From positions 16,678,001-16,742,000 of the forward strand of contig CM022678.1 of the NCBI GenBank assembly GCA_012295275.1: a DNA stretch of 64,000 nucleotides, given 5' to 3'. The stretch is from Chrysomallon squamiferum. Taxonomy: Eukaryota > Animalia > Mollusca. Of this stretch, positions 15,235 to 26,685 are shown one piece after another; position 1 is the stretch's first letter, and every line of letters begins with the position of its first letter. The notes under the pieces are model-generated. The model did no database searches. It was not told the origin of the DNA and saw nothing but the letters and a program-made list of their open reading frames with translations. Both the position numbers and the translations under genes were made by a program.

Positions 15235-15276
15235 ATATTCCCGATTATAATTTTTCTGTTTGTTTATTGCAGACAG
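15235..15276 (+). pseudogene. Degenerate leader exon (ATG>ATA, 1-nt deletion)
   Basis: atattcccgattataatttttctgtttgtttattgcagacag|gtaagt, in the same module context as the other leaders. Confidence 0.6.
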
Positions 15277-16965
15277 GTAAGTGTTTTATGAATTCTTTAA
15301 AAACGTATTTGAATCAGTGTGCTGCATTTCTGTCGAATGTCTGTATGTGCGTAAGCACGTGCGTATTTTTTGTATCTTAAATATGTTAGAAACACATGTT
15401 TAAGGTGACATAAAATAATTTTATTCTAAAATTATTTAATTATTTTATATTGTGTTGAAAATAATGAGAAAACTGAGCTAGGGAAACATCATATTCAGAT
15501 AATTAAATTGTATACTTGGTAGTTAAGTATAAATGAATAAAATATAATCCTAAATCCCACACAATATATAATATCTATGTATCTATCCATCTGTCTAGCT
15601 AGCTTTTTCTCTCTATATATGCAACATCTTTCAAATACACTTTGCGCCAAAATATACCTACATCTGATCAAGAAAGAAAACAAAACAATTATTGGCTGAT
15701 CGGAATATTTGATATAAAAATACATATAGACGTATAATTTATTCCCAGTCATTTGAGGTCCTAAATTAAATATTTTTTCTTCTTTTATCTTCAAATAATA
15801 CAATTTTATGTGTAGATATTGTACATATTAGATTCTCCAAAGTGCCTGGATTAGTAGTCCGTAATACAGTATTGAAAACATTTCGAAAAGTTTCTTCACT
15901 ATTTCATAAATATGTCAGTAGAAAGAGCAATATTTTATATATCGTATAACACAGTGAAATTGAAGCTAAATCAACTACGCAGTTAAACACTAAACACTCA
16001 CCCGCCTTATGTGTGTACTCGCGTGCTTTTGTTTCTTTCTGAATTAGATGTATTTAATGTTTAGACCACGTAAAATAAAATAGTTCAATTTTATTGTGTT
16101 AAAAATAACCGTGAACCCTAATGAGAAAACTGTGACAGGGAAATATAATATTAAAATCATTAAATTGTAAACTTGGTAGTGTACCAGCCTCAAAACATTA
16201 TCACGCACCCAAAGTTTATCACCAAATAGAATTAAGAGTATACAATCATACATTTTTGTTGATTTATGCAAAATGTATGTTTGTTAATTACAATGAACGT
16301 TGCGTTAAGCATAGTGATTCGGGATTCGTTAGTTAACAACTTAATATCAACTATTTCTGTAGTACTTGAAGAAGTCAGTTATGGAGATCAATGTAGAATT
16401 TAAAATACACATGCTTTTCTGCAATCAGGACAAATTTTTCCATTTTATTATCCACATAATGTATAAATTTAGTCATTTGTATGATAATCCTTAATAAATC
16501 CTTCTTGAATTGTAAATAGTATATCATTTCAATGTACAACTTTAATGACTTATTTAACACAGAAGTAAAAATAAATGTAATAGGTCTTTAATTTTCCCCC
16601 TCTCCAGTCAATTTAATCTTAACTAACAAGACTGAGTACAGTTTAAAAATATCTACCCGATGTCTTTATATCGGTATCGATGACCTCATCACGAGAAAAG
16701 GAAATATTTTCCGGCCTGACACGACTTATATTCTAAATATAGACATGTGTCATTGTACAAATATGAAAAAACATGTTTGTTTTTAAATACGATCTATTCG
16801 CCATGGCGTACAAGGAAACTGAAACTATAGATAGGGGCCGAAGCGACTATAAACGACATTCGTTATAGAAGTTTTGCAAAAGTTTAAGTAATTTTTGTCA
16901 TTTTATTTTTCTTCCTGAAAAGTATTTGAAATATCCGATTCACGCAGACGGAATCTTAATTAAAA

Positions 16966-17008
16966 ATGTCCCCAGTAATAATTCTGCTGTTGCTTTTATC
17001 TGAGACAG
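16966..17008 (+). other. Orphan leader exon (MSPVIILLLLLSET) with GC donor
   Basis: Open 43-nt frame followed by AG|GCAAGT. Confidence 0.6.
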
Positions 17009-17332
17009 GCAAGTGTGTTTGAAGTGTTTAAAAAGGTTTTCAGTGTGTGTATGTGTACTCTGTTTTATGTGTCAGGTGCGCTCATTGTTCGCTGTATGTG
17101 TGTACTCTCGAGTTTGTGTTACTTTCTGAATTAGACACATTTAATCTTTAGGCTACATACAATAAATTTGTTAAAAATAACCAGGAAGTATAATGAGAAA
17201 ACTGTTACAGGGAAACATAATATTCAAATTGTAAATTTGGTAGTTAACTATGGATAAATATAATATAACTCTAAATCATAAATAATTTATAATACAGAAA
17301 AATATAATCGTGTATACATAGACTCGGCTATA

Positions 17333-17568
17333 CATTGTTTATAAAAAAAAATTGTTAATAAAACGTTTAGTTCAAATTAGACATGCTTATTTAAATTGCT
17401 ATGGTGAAATTCTTTGTTTGCCTCTAACTATTTTACTTATTTTCAGTAAATGTATTTAACAACCCATAATTATGACTGATAGCTCATCAAAACGAAAGTG
17501 CAGACAAAATAGTGTTGAATATCTGAAGTATGGGTTTATTAGTTCACCAAATAATAAGCAATGACCGA
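17333..17568 (+). mobile_element. Inverted internal fragment of the same hAT element
   Basis: Reverse complement of ~12104-12337. Reads MTDSSSKRKCRQNSVEYLKYGFISSPNNKQ* from 17472. Confidence 0.8.
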
Positions 17569-17984
17569 ATACAGTTTGAAAAGATCTAGGCGCGTCTTTG
17601 TACCGATATCCATGACCTCATCACGAGAAAAGGAAATATTTTCCGGCGTTACACGACTTATATTCTAAATATAGACATGTGTCATTGTACAAATATGAAA
17701 AAAACATGTTTATGTTTAAATACGATCTATTCCCCATCAGCTACAAAGAAACTGAAGCTATAGATAGGGACCGAAGGGACTCTAAGCGACTTACGTTCTA
17801 GAATTTTTGCAAAAGTTTAAGTATTTTTTGTCATTTTTATTTTTCTTCGTCTAAAGTATTCAAAATATTAAGATAATGTGTTAGGTATAGAAGATCAAAT
17901 ACTGAAACTTGATTAACTTTCTCGATGACGAATTCAGAAGAACATTGAGTTATTTGATTCACGCAGACGGAATCTTAATTAAAA

Positions 17985-18027
17985 ATGTCCCGGTAGTAAT
18001 TCTGCTGTTTGTTTTATACGAATACAG
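17985..18027 (+). pseudogene. Degenerate leader exon (frameshift, donor lost)
   Basis: ATG TCC CGG TAG; the donor is replaced by a deletion junction acagggaaac. Confidence 0.55.
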
Positions 18028-18355
18028 GGAAACATAATGTGAAAACAATAAAATTTTAAACTTGGTAGTTCTGTATAAATAAATGAAATATAATTCTACA
18101 TCCCACACAATTTAAAATATAAACAAAAAAATAATAGTTTCCACATAGACTCGGCTGGGAAATATACGTAGATCTGTTTATGAGAAAACAACTATCGCCT
18201 AATCGGTATGTTTGGTATAAAATACACATGGAGCCGTAAAGTTTATTTCCCGTTCTTAGTGTTCTTAAATTAAATAATTTAGATTTCTTCTTCAGACTTT
18301 TACTTTTTATATAATTAATTACCTTTTTGTTGTCGTTCTTTTAAAGATTTTATAT

Positions 18356-18397
<42 letters not shown>

Positions 18398-19135
18398 GCA
18401 CACTCACATCTATACACATATACATACTGAATATATAAGATAACCCAAACAGCCTATATTAGTAGTCTGTCATACACTATTGAAAAACTTTCATAAAATT
18501 TCTTCACTGTTTCCGAGAACAGATTCGTTTGTTAGTTATATCATTAGAAACAGCAATATTACATATGTAGTGATCCAAACACTGTGTAGTAGTTTGAAGC
18601 TATATTACTTTTTGTTAATTACAATCAAAGTCGCGTTAAGCATAACAAATCAGGATTCACCAACTATGAACTTAATGACAATAATTTGATGGTAAGTGAA
18701 CAAGTCAGTTATGGAGGTCATTGCAGACTTTAGAACACATTTTTCCTGTGTACACCGCACAAAACTTAGTCTCCTCATGTGTAAACTTAGTCGTTTTAAC
18801 AATAGTCCTTCCTTAATGCTGCTTGAATTTCAAGTAGTGTATCAATTGAATATTTAATCTCTTGTTAAACACAATAGTAAAAGGAAATCTAATGTGTCTG
18901 TAATTTTCATAAAAACCCTCCAATTAAATCTTAATTAACAACACTGAGTATAATATAGAAATATCTGGGTGCTGTTTTCTGTTTTCTTCTTTTTTTCTGT
19001 AGTAGGGACGTCTTTACACATAGGACGTATCCTTTTTGTTTAAAGCCGAGGTCGTTATCCTTTTCCCTAGGGACATCAGTACGCGTTTGACTGTCTCTTG
19101 TTGGCGGTTTGCTTTTTGGGGTAGATTGCTGGCTG

Positions 19136-19599
19136 CAGTGTCGAATTTAGAATTGGTGAGGCCCTAAGCTATAGAAAGGCGTGAGGCCTCCCTTCATTTT
19201 TTCTTTCATTTATTCTTTTTAATTTTGTCCAGCTGGTGTCAGAAAACTTGAAACTTTATAAGCCTTTTAAGAGCAAAGTGAAAAAATAAAAATCTAAAAA
19301 TATTGCATAGTTTTAAAATCTTTTTGTGGGGTTCCTTCCTCAGTTGATCCATGGTTTCTTTAGCGTGTATCGGATTCGCGGTGTCGGAGGAGATATTTGT
19401 TTCAAATCTGATTTTGAAAATCCGAGGAAAGACGACTCTAAGTCCGGTAATTCTAATCACATGGAATTTAGTGACAATTCGTACAGTGGTAGTACATGCA
19501 AATTAGTATAAGACCTAATCTGGAATCTTCTTCGGGCCCAAAGCAGACTGCGAGCCTCTAAGCTGTTGTCGTTTAGCTTGTAGCTAAATCCAGGACTTG
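19136..19599. mobile_element. Degenerate non-autonomous hAT-type MITE
   Basis: Ends cagtgtcgaattta...gaggccctaagc and gcctctaagc...taaatccaggacttg resemble CAGGGCCGGATTTA-type TIRs. Related remnants at ~1150, 23693-23925, 31485-32190 and 47395-47930. Confidence 0.5.
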
Positions 19600-19920
19600 C
19601 ATTATGTCGAGCTTACATAACTGTTCATATCTGACACCCGTAACTTTTAATAATATTCAAATAATTACATTGTAAACTTGGTAGTTAAGTAAAATTAAAT
19701 GAAATATAATTCTACATCCCACACAATTTAAAATATAAAGAAATATATAATAGTTTTAAAAATACATGGAGCCGTAGAATTTATTTCCAGTTCTTAGTGT
19801 TCCTCAATTTAATCATTTAGATTTCTTCTACAGACTTTTACTTTCTACATAAATTAATTACCTTTTCGTTGTATTTTTTGTTGTCGTTCTTTTAAATAAT
19901 TTATGTTTGTGTATACATAC

Positions 19921-19958
<38 letters not shown>

Positions 19959-20896
19959 TGAATATATAAGATAACCCAAAGAGCCTATATTAGTAGTTCG
20001 TCACACACTATTGAAAAACTTTCATAAAGTTTCTTCACTGTTTCCGAGAACAGACTCGTTTGTTAGATATATCATTAGAAACAGCCATATTTTATAAGTA
20101 TTCAAAAGAGAGTGAAATTGAAGATTATAGCAATTACGCATCCAGACACTGTGTAGAAGTTTGAAGTTATATTACTTTTTGTTAATTACAATCAAAGTCG
20201 CGTTAAGCATAACAAATCGGGATTCGCCAACTATGAACTTAATGACAACAATTTTATGACAAGTGAACAAGTCAGTTATGGAGATTTTAGAGGAAAAGTT
20301 AAAACTTGTAACATTTAAAACGGCATATTTTACTTCTTTTCATACATCAAAGCGATATTCTTTTCATTGTATCAATTTTGTAAATAAATGTGAAATAGAA
20401 AAAAATAATAATAAAAAAATAAATAAATAAATAGCAAAATCTTAAATATATTGTTCCTCCCTTGCTTTGTGCGTGTAGGCCTATACGTACATGTATACAT
20501 GTGTGTATGTATCTACTATACATGTAGGTATGAAGAAGTGCGTGTACATTCGTAAGTACATACAAAGGGAAGTATTTCCAGTGTAGTATGATCTCTACTC
20601 TAAATACAGACATGCGTCATTGCAAAATATGAGAAAACGTTTATTTTTGTTCCATGACCTACAAGGAAACTGAAACTGCAAGTAGGACAGAAGCCATTAT
20701 AAACGACAGCACATTCTACTTTTCTTTTAAAAATATATGTATTTTTTTTATTTATTTCTTCTTCGTCTAAAGTATATGTTAAGATAGTGTGTTACGAATA
20801 GAAGAACATATACTGGGAACTCGAATAACTTTCTCGCTGATGAATTTATTAGAACATTGAGATATACGATTCTCTCGGACGGAAGTTGAATTAAAA

Positions 20897-20939
20897 ATGT
20901 ACCCGGTAATAATTCTGGTGTTTGTTTTATCGCAGATAG
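20897..20939 (+). other. Intact leader exon (MYPVIILVFVLSQI)
   Basis: ATG to AG|GTAAGT, 43 nt. Confidence 0.7.
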
Positions 20940-21215
20940 GTAAGTGTGTTTAATTGTTTAAATATGTTTTCAGTCTGCGCACGTGTGCTCTGCTTGTGTG
21001 TAAGGTGTGAGTGTGCGCTCGTGCTTGTGTGTATGTGTGTACTCGCGTGCTTGTATTGCATTCAGAATTAGATATATTTAATGCTTAGGCCACGTAAAAT
21101 AAATCAGTTCAATTTTCAGTGATTTCTCTCTAAATTAGCTAATTTAAATATATATTTTTTGTCTTGTTCTTTTACCTGTTGTTTTTACATAATTTATTAC
21201 TTTTTGTTTGTTTCT

Positions 21216-21251
<36 letters not shown>

Positions 21252-21292
21252 ATAATAATTTATATATATATATACATATATATGTTTTGAAA

Positions 21293-21492
21293 NNNNNNNN
21301 NNNNNNNNNNNNNNNNNNNNNNNNNNNNNNNNNNNNNNNNNNNNNNNNNNNNNNNNNNNNNNNNNNNNNNNNNNNNNNNNNNNNNNNNNNNNNNNNNNNN
21401 NNNNNNNNNNNNNNNNNNNNNNNNNNNNNNNNNNNNNNNNNNNNNNNNNNNNNNNNNNNNNNNNNNNNNNNNNNNNNNNNNNNNNNNNNNNN
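21293..21492. other. Assembly gap (200 N)
   Basis: Run of n characters. Confidence 1.
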
Positions 21493-22602
21493 AGTCAAAG
21501 ATATAATAAATTAAAAACAGATAAATAAATAAATAACAACAACAACAACAACAACAATAATAATAATAATTTAAAAAATAATTAAAAAAAGGAAAACATT
21601 AAATAATTTGTTCCTTGTTACGAGTGTTCCTCCCTTACTGTGTGCATGTAAGTCTATTTGTGATTCATACGTACATATACAAATACATGGATACATACAT
21701 GGATACATACGTATATACATATATACAAACATATATATATGTGTATATATATATATACATATACAATCATACATTCATATAAATATGCATTAGATTCATA
21801 CATACATACAAACATACTATATATAAATACATAGATACATACGTATATATATACATATACAATCATACATTCATATAAATATACATTAGATTCATACATA
21901 TATATATACATACATATATATATATTATGTTTGTATGTATGTATATATGTATGAATCTAATGTATATTTATATGAATGTATGATGGTATATGTATATATA
22001 TATACATATATACATATATATGTATGTATGTATGTATGTATATACGTATGTATCTATGTGTTTTTATATGTACGTATGAATCACAAAATGTACATTCATA
22101 TGTAGATACAAAAGAAATACTGCCAGCGTAGTATGATCTCTATTCTAAATGCAGACATGCGTCAGTGTAAAATATGAGAAAATGTTTATTTTTAAATCTG
22201 ACAATCTCCACCACCTACAAGGAAACCGAAACTGCAAGTAGGACCAAAGCGATCATAAACGACAGAACATTCAGGTATAACTGGAGAAATATAAGTATTT
22301 TTTGTTTCTTTCTTCTTCGTCTGAAGTATTTAGGATATAATTCTAAATCACAAACAATTTATAATATAGAAAAATATAATACTGTCCATATAGACTCGAT
22401 TCCGAAAAATACGTACTTCAGATTAATAAAAAACAGTTATCGGCCTCATCGAGATCTTTGGTATGAAAATAAATATAGCCGTAGAGTTTATTTCCAGTGA
22501 TTTGTGTTTCTAAATTAAATAATTTAAATATATATACTTTTTTACTTTTTGTTTTTCCTGTTATTTTTATATAATTTATTACATTTATTGTTTTTTGGAG
22601 GT

Positions 22603-22642
<40 letters not shown>

Positions 22643-24391
22643 TAATGATAATGATAACAATGATATATATATTGTACATATAAGATACACCAAGATGCCT
22701 GTTTTGAAATATTTTTACTCATTTATCAACGCTGGATTTATTTTCTGCTTGATCTGCGATCTGAATAAAAACTGCACTAATGTAAAATGTTCAGTCATGT
22801 CTTTGTGCTTACTGCGTGAACGTTATCTCGTATTGCGAACCAGAGAGATTGATTTCAGTCAGAAGTGTCTGGGAAGCCAGCACCTCGTTATGGGTCACCT
22901 GTTATGTTTCAACCTTTTAATTTGATCGGGTTATTCTACAAGCATTCGTCCTACAAACAGGTTCAACCAAACTATTTTCATAAACATATTTTTAGAAAGA
23001 GCAATATTTTCAATATAGTCAAACACAGTGAAAATGAAGCTTAAAGCAACTACGCGGTCAAACACTTGTAGGAGCTTTTAAACAATCATCCGCCTCCAGA
23101 CATTATCCCAGGTTATGTAGATCTATACGTTTAAATATAATTTAAAGCTAACAATCGCAAAATTTAGTTGCTTTAAGCAAAATTTATTTTTGTTAATTGC
23201 AATGACGGTCGTGTTCAACTTAATGACTATAATTTGCATGGTAACTGAACAAGTCTGTTATGGAGATCAAATATAATTTTAGAAGAAAACTAAATATATA
23301 TATACATTTACACCGCATAAAATTCTGCACACTAGCCTCAACATAACATGTACACTTTGTTGTTTCTACAATAATCCTTCTTAAATCTGCTTGAACTTCA
23401 AATAAAAGCTGAAATATAATTTTACACAGTAGTAAAAAAATAAAGGTAACAGATTTATAATTCTCCCCCACCAAGTTAATCTTGATTAATGACGAAGTAT
23501 CACTAGAAATAAGCAGTTCAACAACACTGAGTACAGTATAAAAAAATATCTGGGAGCTGTTTTTATTTCTGTAGCCGTGAGATCATCAGGTGTATCGTTT
23601 TGCTCTAAAGCAGAGGTCGTTAACCTTGTCGCTAGGGACATCGGTAGCCTATTTCTGAATGTTGTGGGCCCTTTGCCTTTTTGGGTAGATCACAATGTCG
23701 AACTTACACTTGGTGATGCCCTCACCTATATATAGCCCTCCCCCCCACACATTGTTTTTCTATCTTTTTCTTAATTTTGTTTTTGTTTAATGTGTATGCC
23801 TTTCAATTTTCAGATCTCAGAATTCTTTAACAAGTTTTGTAGATTGTATCTTTAGTATGACCCTGTATTTGTTTGGAGTCTAATCTTATTGAGTCCACAC
23901 GCAATTTGTGAGGCGCTAAGCTGAACCATATTCGGTAACACGTTCTTACGTCATATGAGGAACTATTAAATTTTTAATAATTAAATTCTGATGAATTATT
24001 ATATTAAGTTTTAGTTAAATTTTAGTAAATATTATTTAAGTTTGATCCATTAGTTCTGAAATTATTCTGTGTCTGATGGGCGATCCAACTTCTCAGTGTT
24101 TTAAATTGGTGATACCTGAAAAACAGTTAACCTGCAACAAAACCAAGAATAGCAAAAAATAAAAAATAAACATAAAAAGAGCAAAAACAACAAACTAATA
24201 AATAAATACATAAATAAATAAAGTCACTGAGAAGTGTATGTATGTGTGCGTGAGTGTGTATGTATATATGTATGTATGTATCTATGTATGTTCATATTTC
24301 AACGTGTATGTGTATGTTTGTATGTATGTTTGTATGTATACATTTACATCGTGAACAATATTTGATATAATGTTTTCTTCAACTTTTTCAG

Positions 24392-24496
24392 TTTCAGTTG
24401 AATGTTTCACATGTAAAGACAACGCAGACCTATGTACCTTTGAAATCTGCAAGGAACACGAAATGGACTGTATAAAGACTTGTCACGTTTGTACAG
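24392..24496 (+). CDS. Copy B ShKT-like exon (VSVECFTCKDNADLCTFEICKEHEMDCIKTCHVCT)
   Basis: 105 nt, open, cag/gt boundaries, ShK Cys spacing with KTCxxC end. Confidence 0.7.
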
Positions 24497-26642
24497 GTAA
24501 ATTTATCACGGTTGCAGGATAGCCGAATCAAGAGGAGAAGTATAGAACAGAAGGATAGTTCATATGTTAAGTAAGGATACATACACAAAACAGTTGATAT
24601 GCTAGTAAAATTTAAATATACACAGGATAGTTGTATTAAGTAACAACAGACACGCAGAATATTTATATAAGCACAGATAAACAGAATATTTGGTATGGTA
24701 AATAAGAATAGTTAACTAGGATAGATGAAACATACACATATCAGCTAGAACAGTTACCGCATACGAACGGATATATTAAGAAGGATTTCTGCAGAATACA
24801 ATCTTACTAGATATGTTATTAATTCCATGACAGTAGACATATTTTGGGTAGGATTGTTACCCATGATAGATAATAGCACAAAGGAAAGCTACGTATTAGG
24901 CAGGATAGCTTGTATAAGTACGATATGTGTACAGGTTACAGCTATCCTAAGATACGATTGATGGATGCACGTAATAGTTGGTATACCAGTATACTAGATA
25001 TACTTGAAAGAATAGATATATAGGACGTAACGGCTGGCAGTTTAATTATGTGAGTGTACACATACGAACATGTACACACCAAATACAACACAGTCACAAA
25101 AACATGAACATGTTTAATGTGTGTTAATAAATATAACGATTTTTCTTTTTGTACACATGCATACTGAGACACATTATTTCTCTTTTAATTTCAGTAAGTC
25201 AACATAGTTAATTTCATTTACTCGAGCACCCAATCCTTGTATCTAGTCTCTCAATTTATCTTTTAATTACTGCAAATGTGGTAGCAGTGCACACACACCC
25301 TCCTCTAAATCTCGGTAAATTAATACGAGTAATTCTATTTTTAGATGAGGAGTGTTCTGAGGGTTATTACCATGGTGATGGCGACAGCTGTCTTTCCTTT
25401 TCTGTCAAAGACACAAAACATTCACCAAGTTACAAAGAAAAATATAATATATTTTGGTCCAGTAAGAAAACACATGGTAAAGATTGTAATAAGACCTGTA
25501 GTGACAGATGCTTGGATAGAATATGTTACAAATAGACGAGTGATTGTGAACGTTGTCCTTCTCGATTCTCTGGACCACGTTGTCAGCAGCACTGTAATAA
25601 CACCGACGTCAAAGGTTTCTGCATCGGTGACTGTTTCTCTGGGTTCTTTGGTCCAAAGTGCGAAGAAGGGTTTCCAGTCGGATGTAAAGACAAAGTCTGC
25701 AACAAAACGACGGGAGTGTGTTCACTATGCCTGAAGGATTTTGGGATACAACTTGTCAGCTTCGTTGTTCAGATAACTGTCTAAACAATTCCAGTAATGA
25801 AAGCGGCAAATGTTCTGTAGGTTGTAAAGTTGGGTTTTTCGGAATGAACTGCTCAAAGACATGCAACGCGAACTGTCTACATCAGGTATGTAAGAGGGAA
25901 AACAGATCGTGTACGGATGGCTGTGTTTCTAGTGAATATTACGGAGACTTTTGCGACAAAGACTGTTCTCATCGTTGTGTGAATTCCACCTGTGATCGTA
26001 CAACTGGGAAATGTAAGAACAGATGCAAAGGAACGGATATTTATGGCACATTTTGCAACAATTCTTGTGGCTCAGTATGTCGTGTTCGATGTGAAAATAT
26101 CTCCGAATACGTTCTATGCAGGGCCGTTTGTGTCAGCGGAAGAAAGGGAGAACATTAATGATAATAATAATAGTAATAATAATAATGAAAATAACAACGA
26201 AGAAATATTTAAGAAGAAGGAAAAATAAAAAATAACATAATCGTAAAAGTTCCTTTAGTGCAGTGATGACAATAATTGCAATAACAGTTGTGATTATAAA
26301 TTAATCTTTCAATTTCCGTATCTAGAAAAAGGAAGAAAAGATCTAAAAACAAACAGCGACGTGCACGACGACGTATGGAAAGCCTAATTCGAGCACGTAT
26401 TAACCAGACACAACACGTGGAAATGCAACCAGGTTTTGTAATTTAATTGATTACGATATAATGATGGTGATAGCAATAGTACCAACACCGGCACTAGTAA
26501 CACTACTGAAAGAAGAAATAGAGCAAAACAAAACAACAAAATACATGCCGCACACACAAACACACCAAGACAAAACAACAACAGCCATGTCCACCACCAG
26601 AACCTACATTATCAAACAACAGTAAGAAGCAACTGCATCAGC

Positions 26643-26685
<43 letters not shown>

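Larger units (their letters stand above)
13261..23700 (+). repeat. Cluster of diverged ~1-2 kb segmental repeats (5' flank + leader exon + first-intron module)
   Basis: Recurrent blocks (ttctaaatatagac..., aataactttctcgctcacgaattt, aaacttggtagtt, gccgtagaatttatttccc, aagtcagttatggag) at ~13.3, 14.9, 16.7, 17.6, 19.7, 20.6 and 22.1 kb, and also at 1-1240, 29.4-31.5 kb and 45.2-47.5 kb. Confidence 0.8.
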
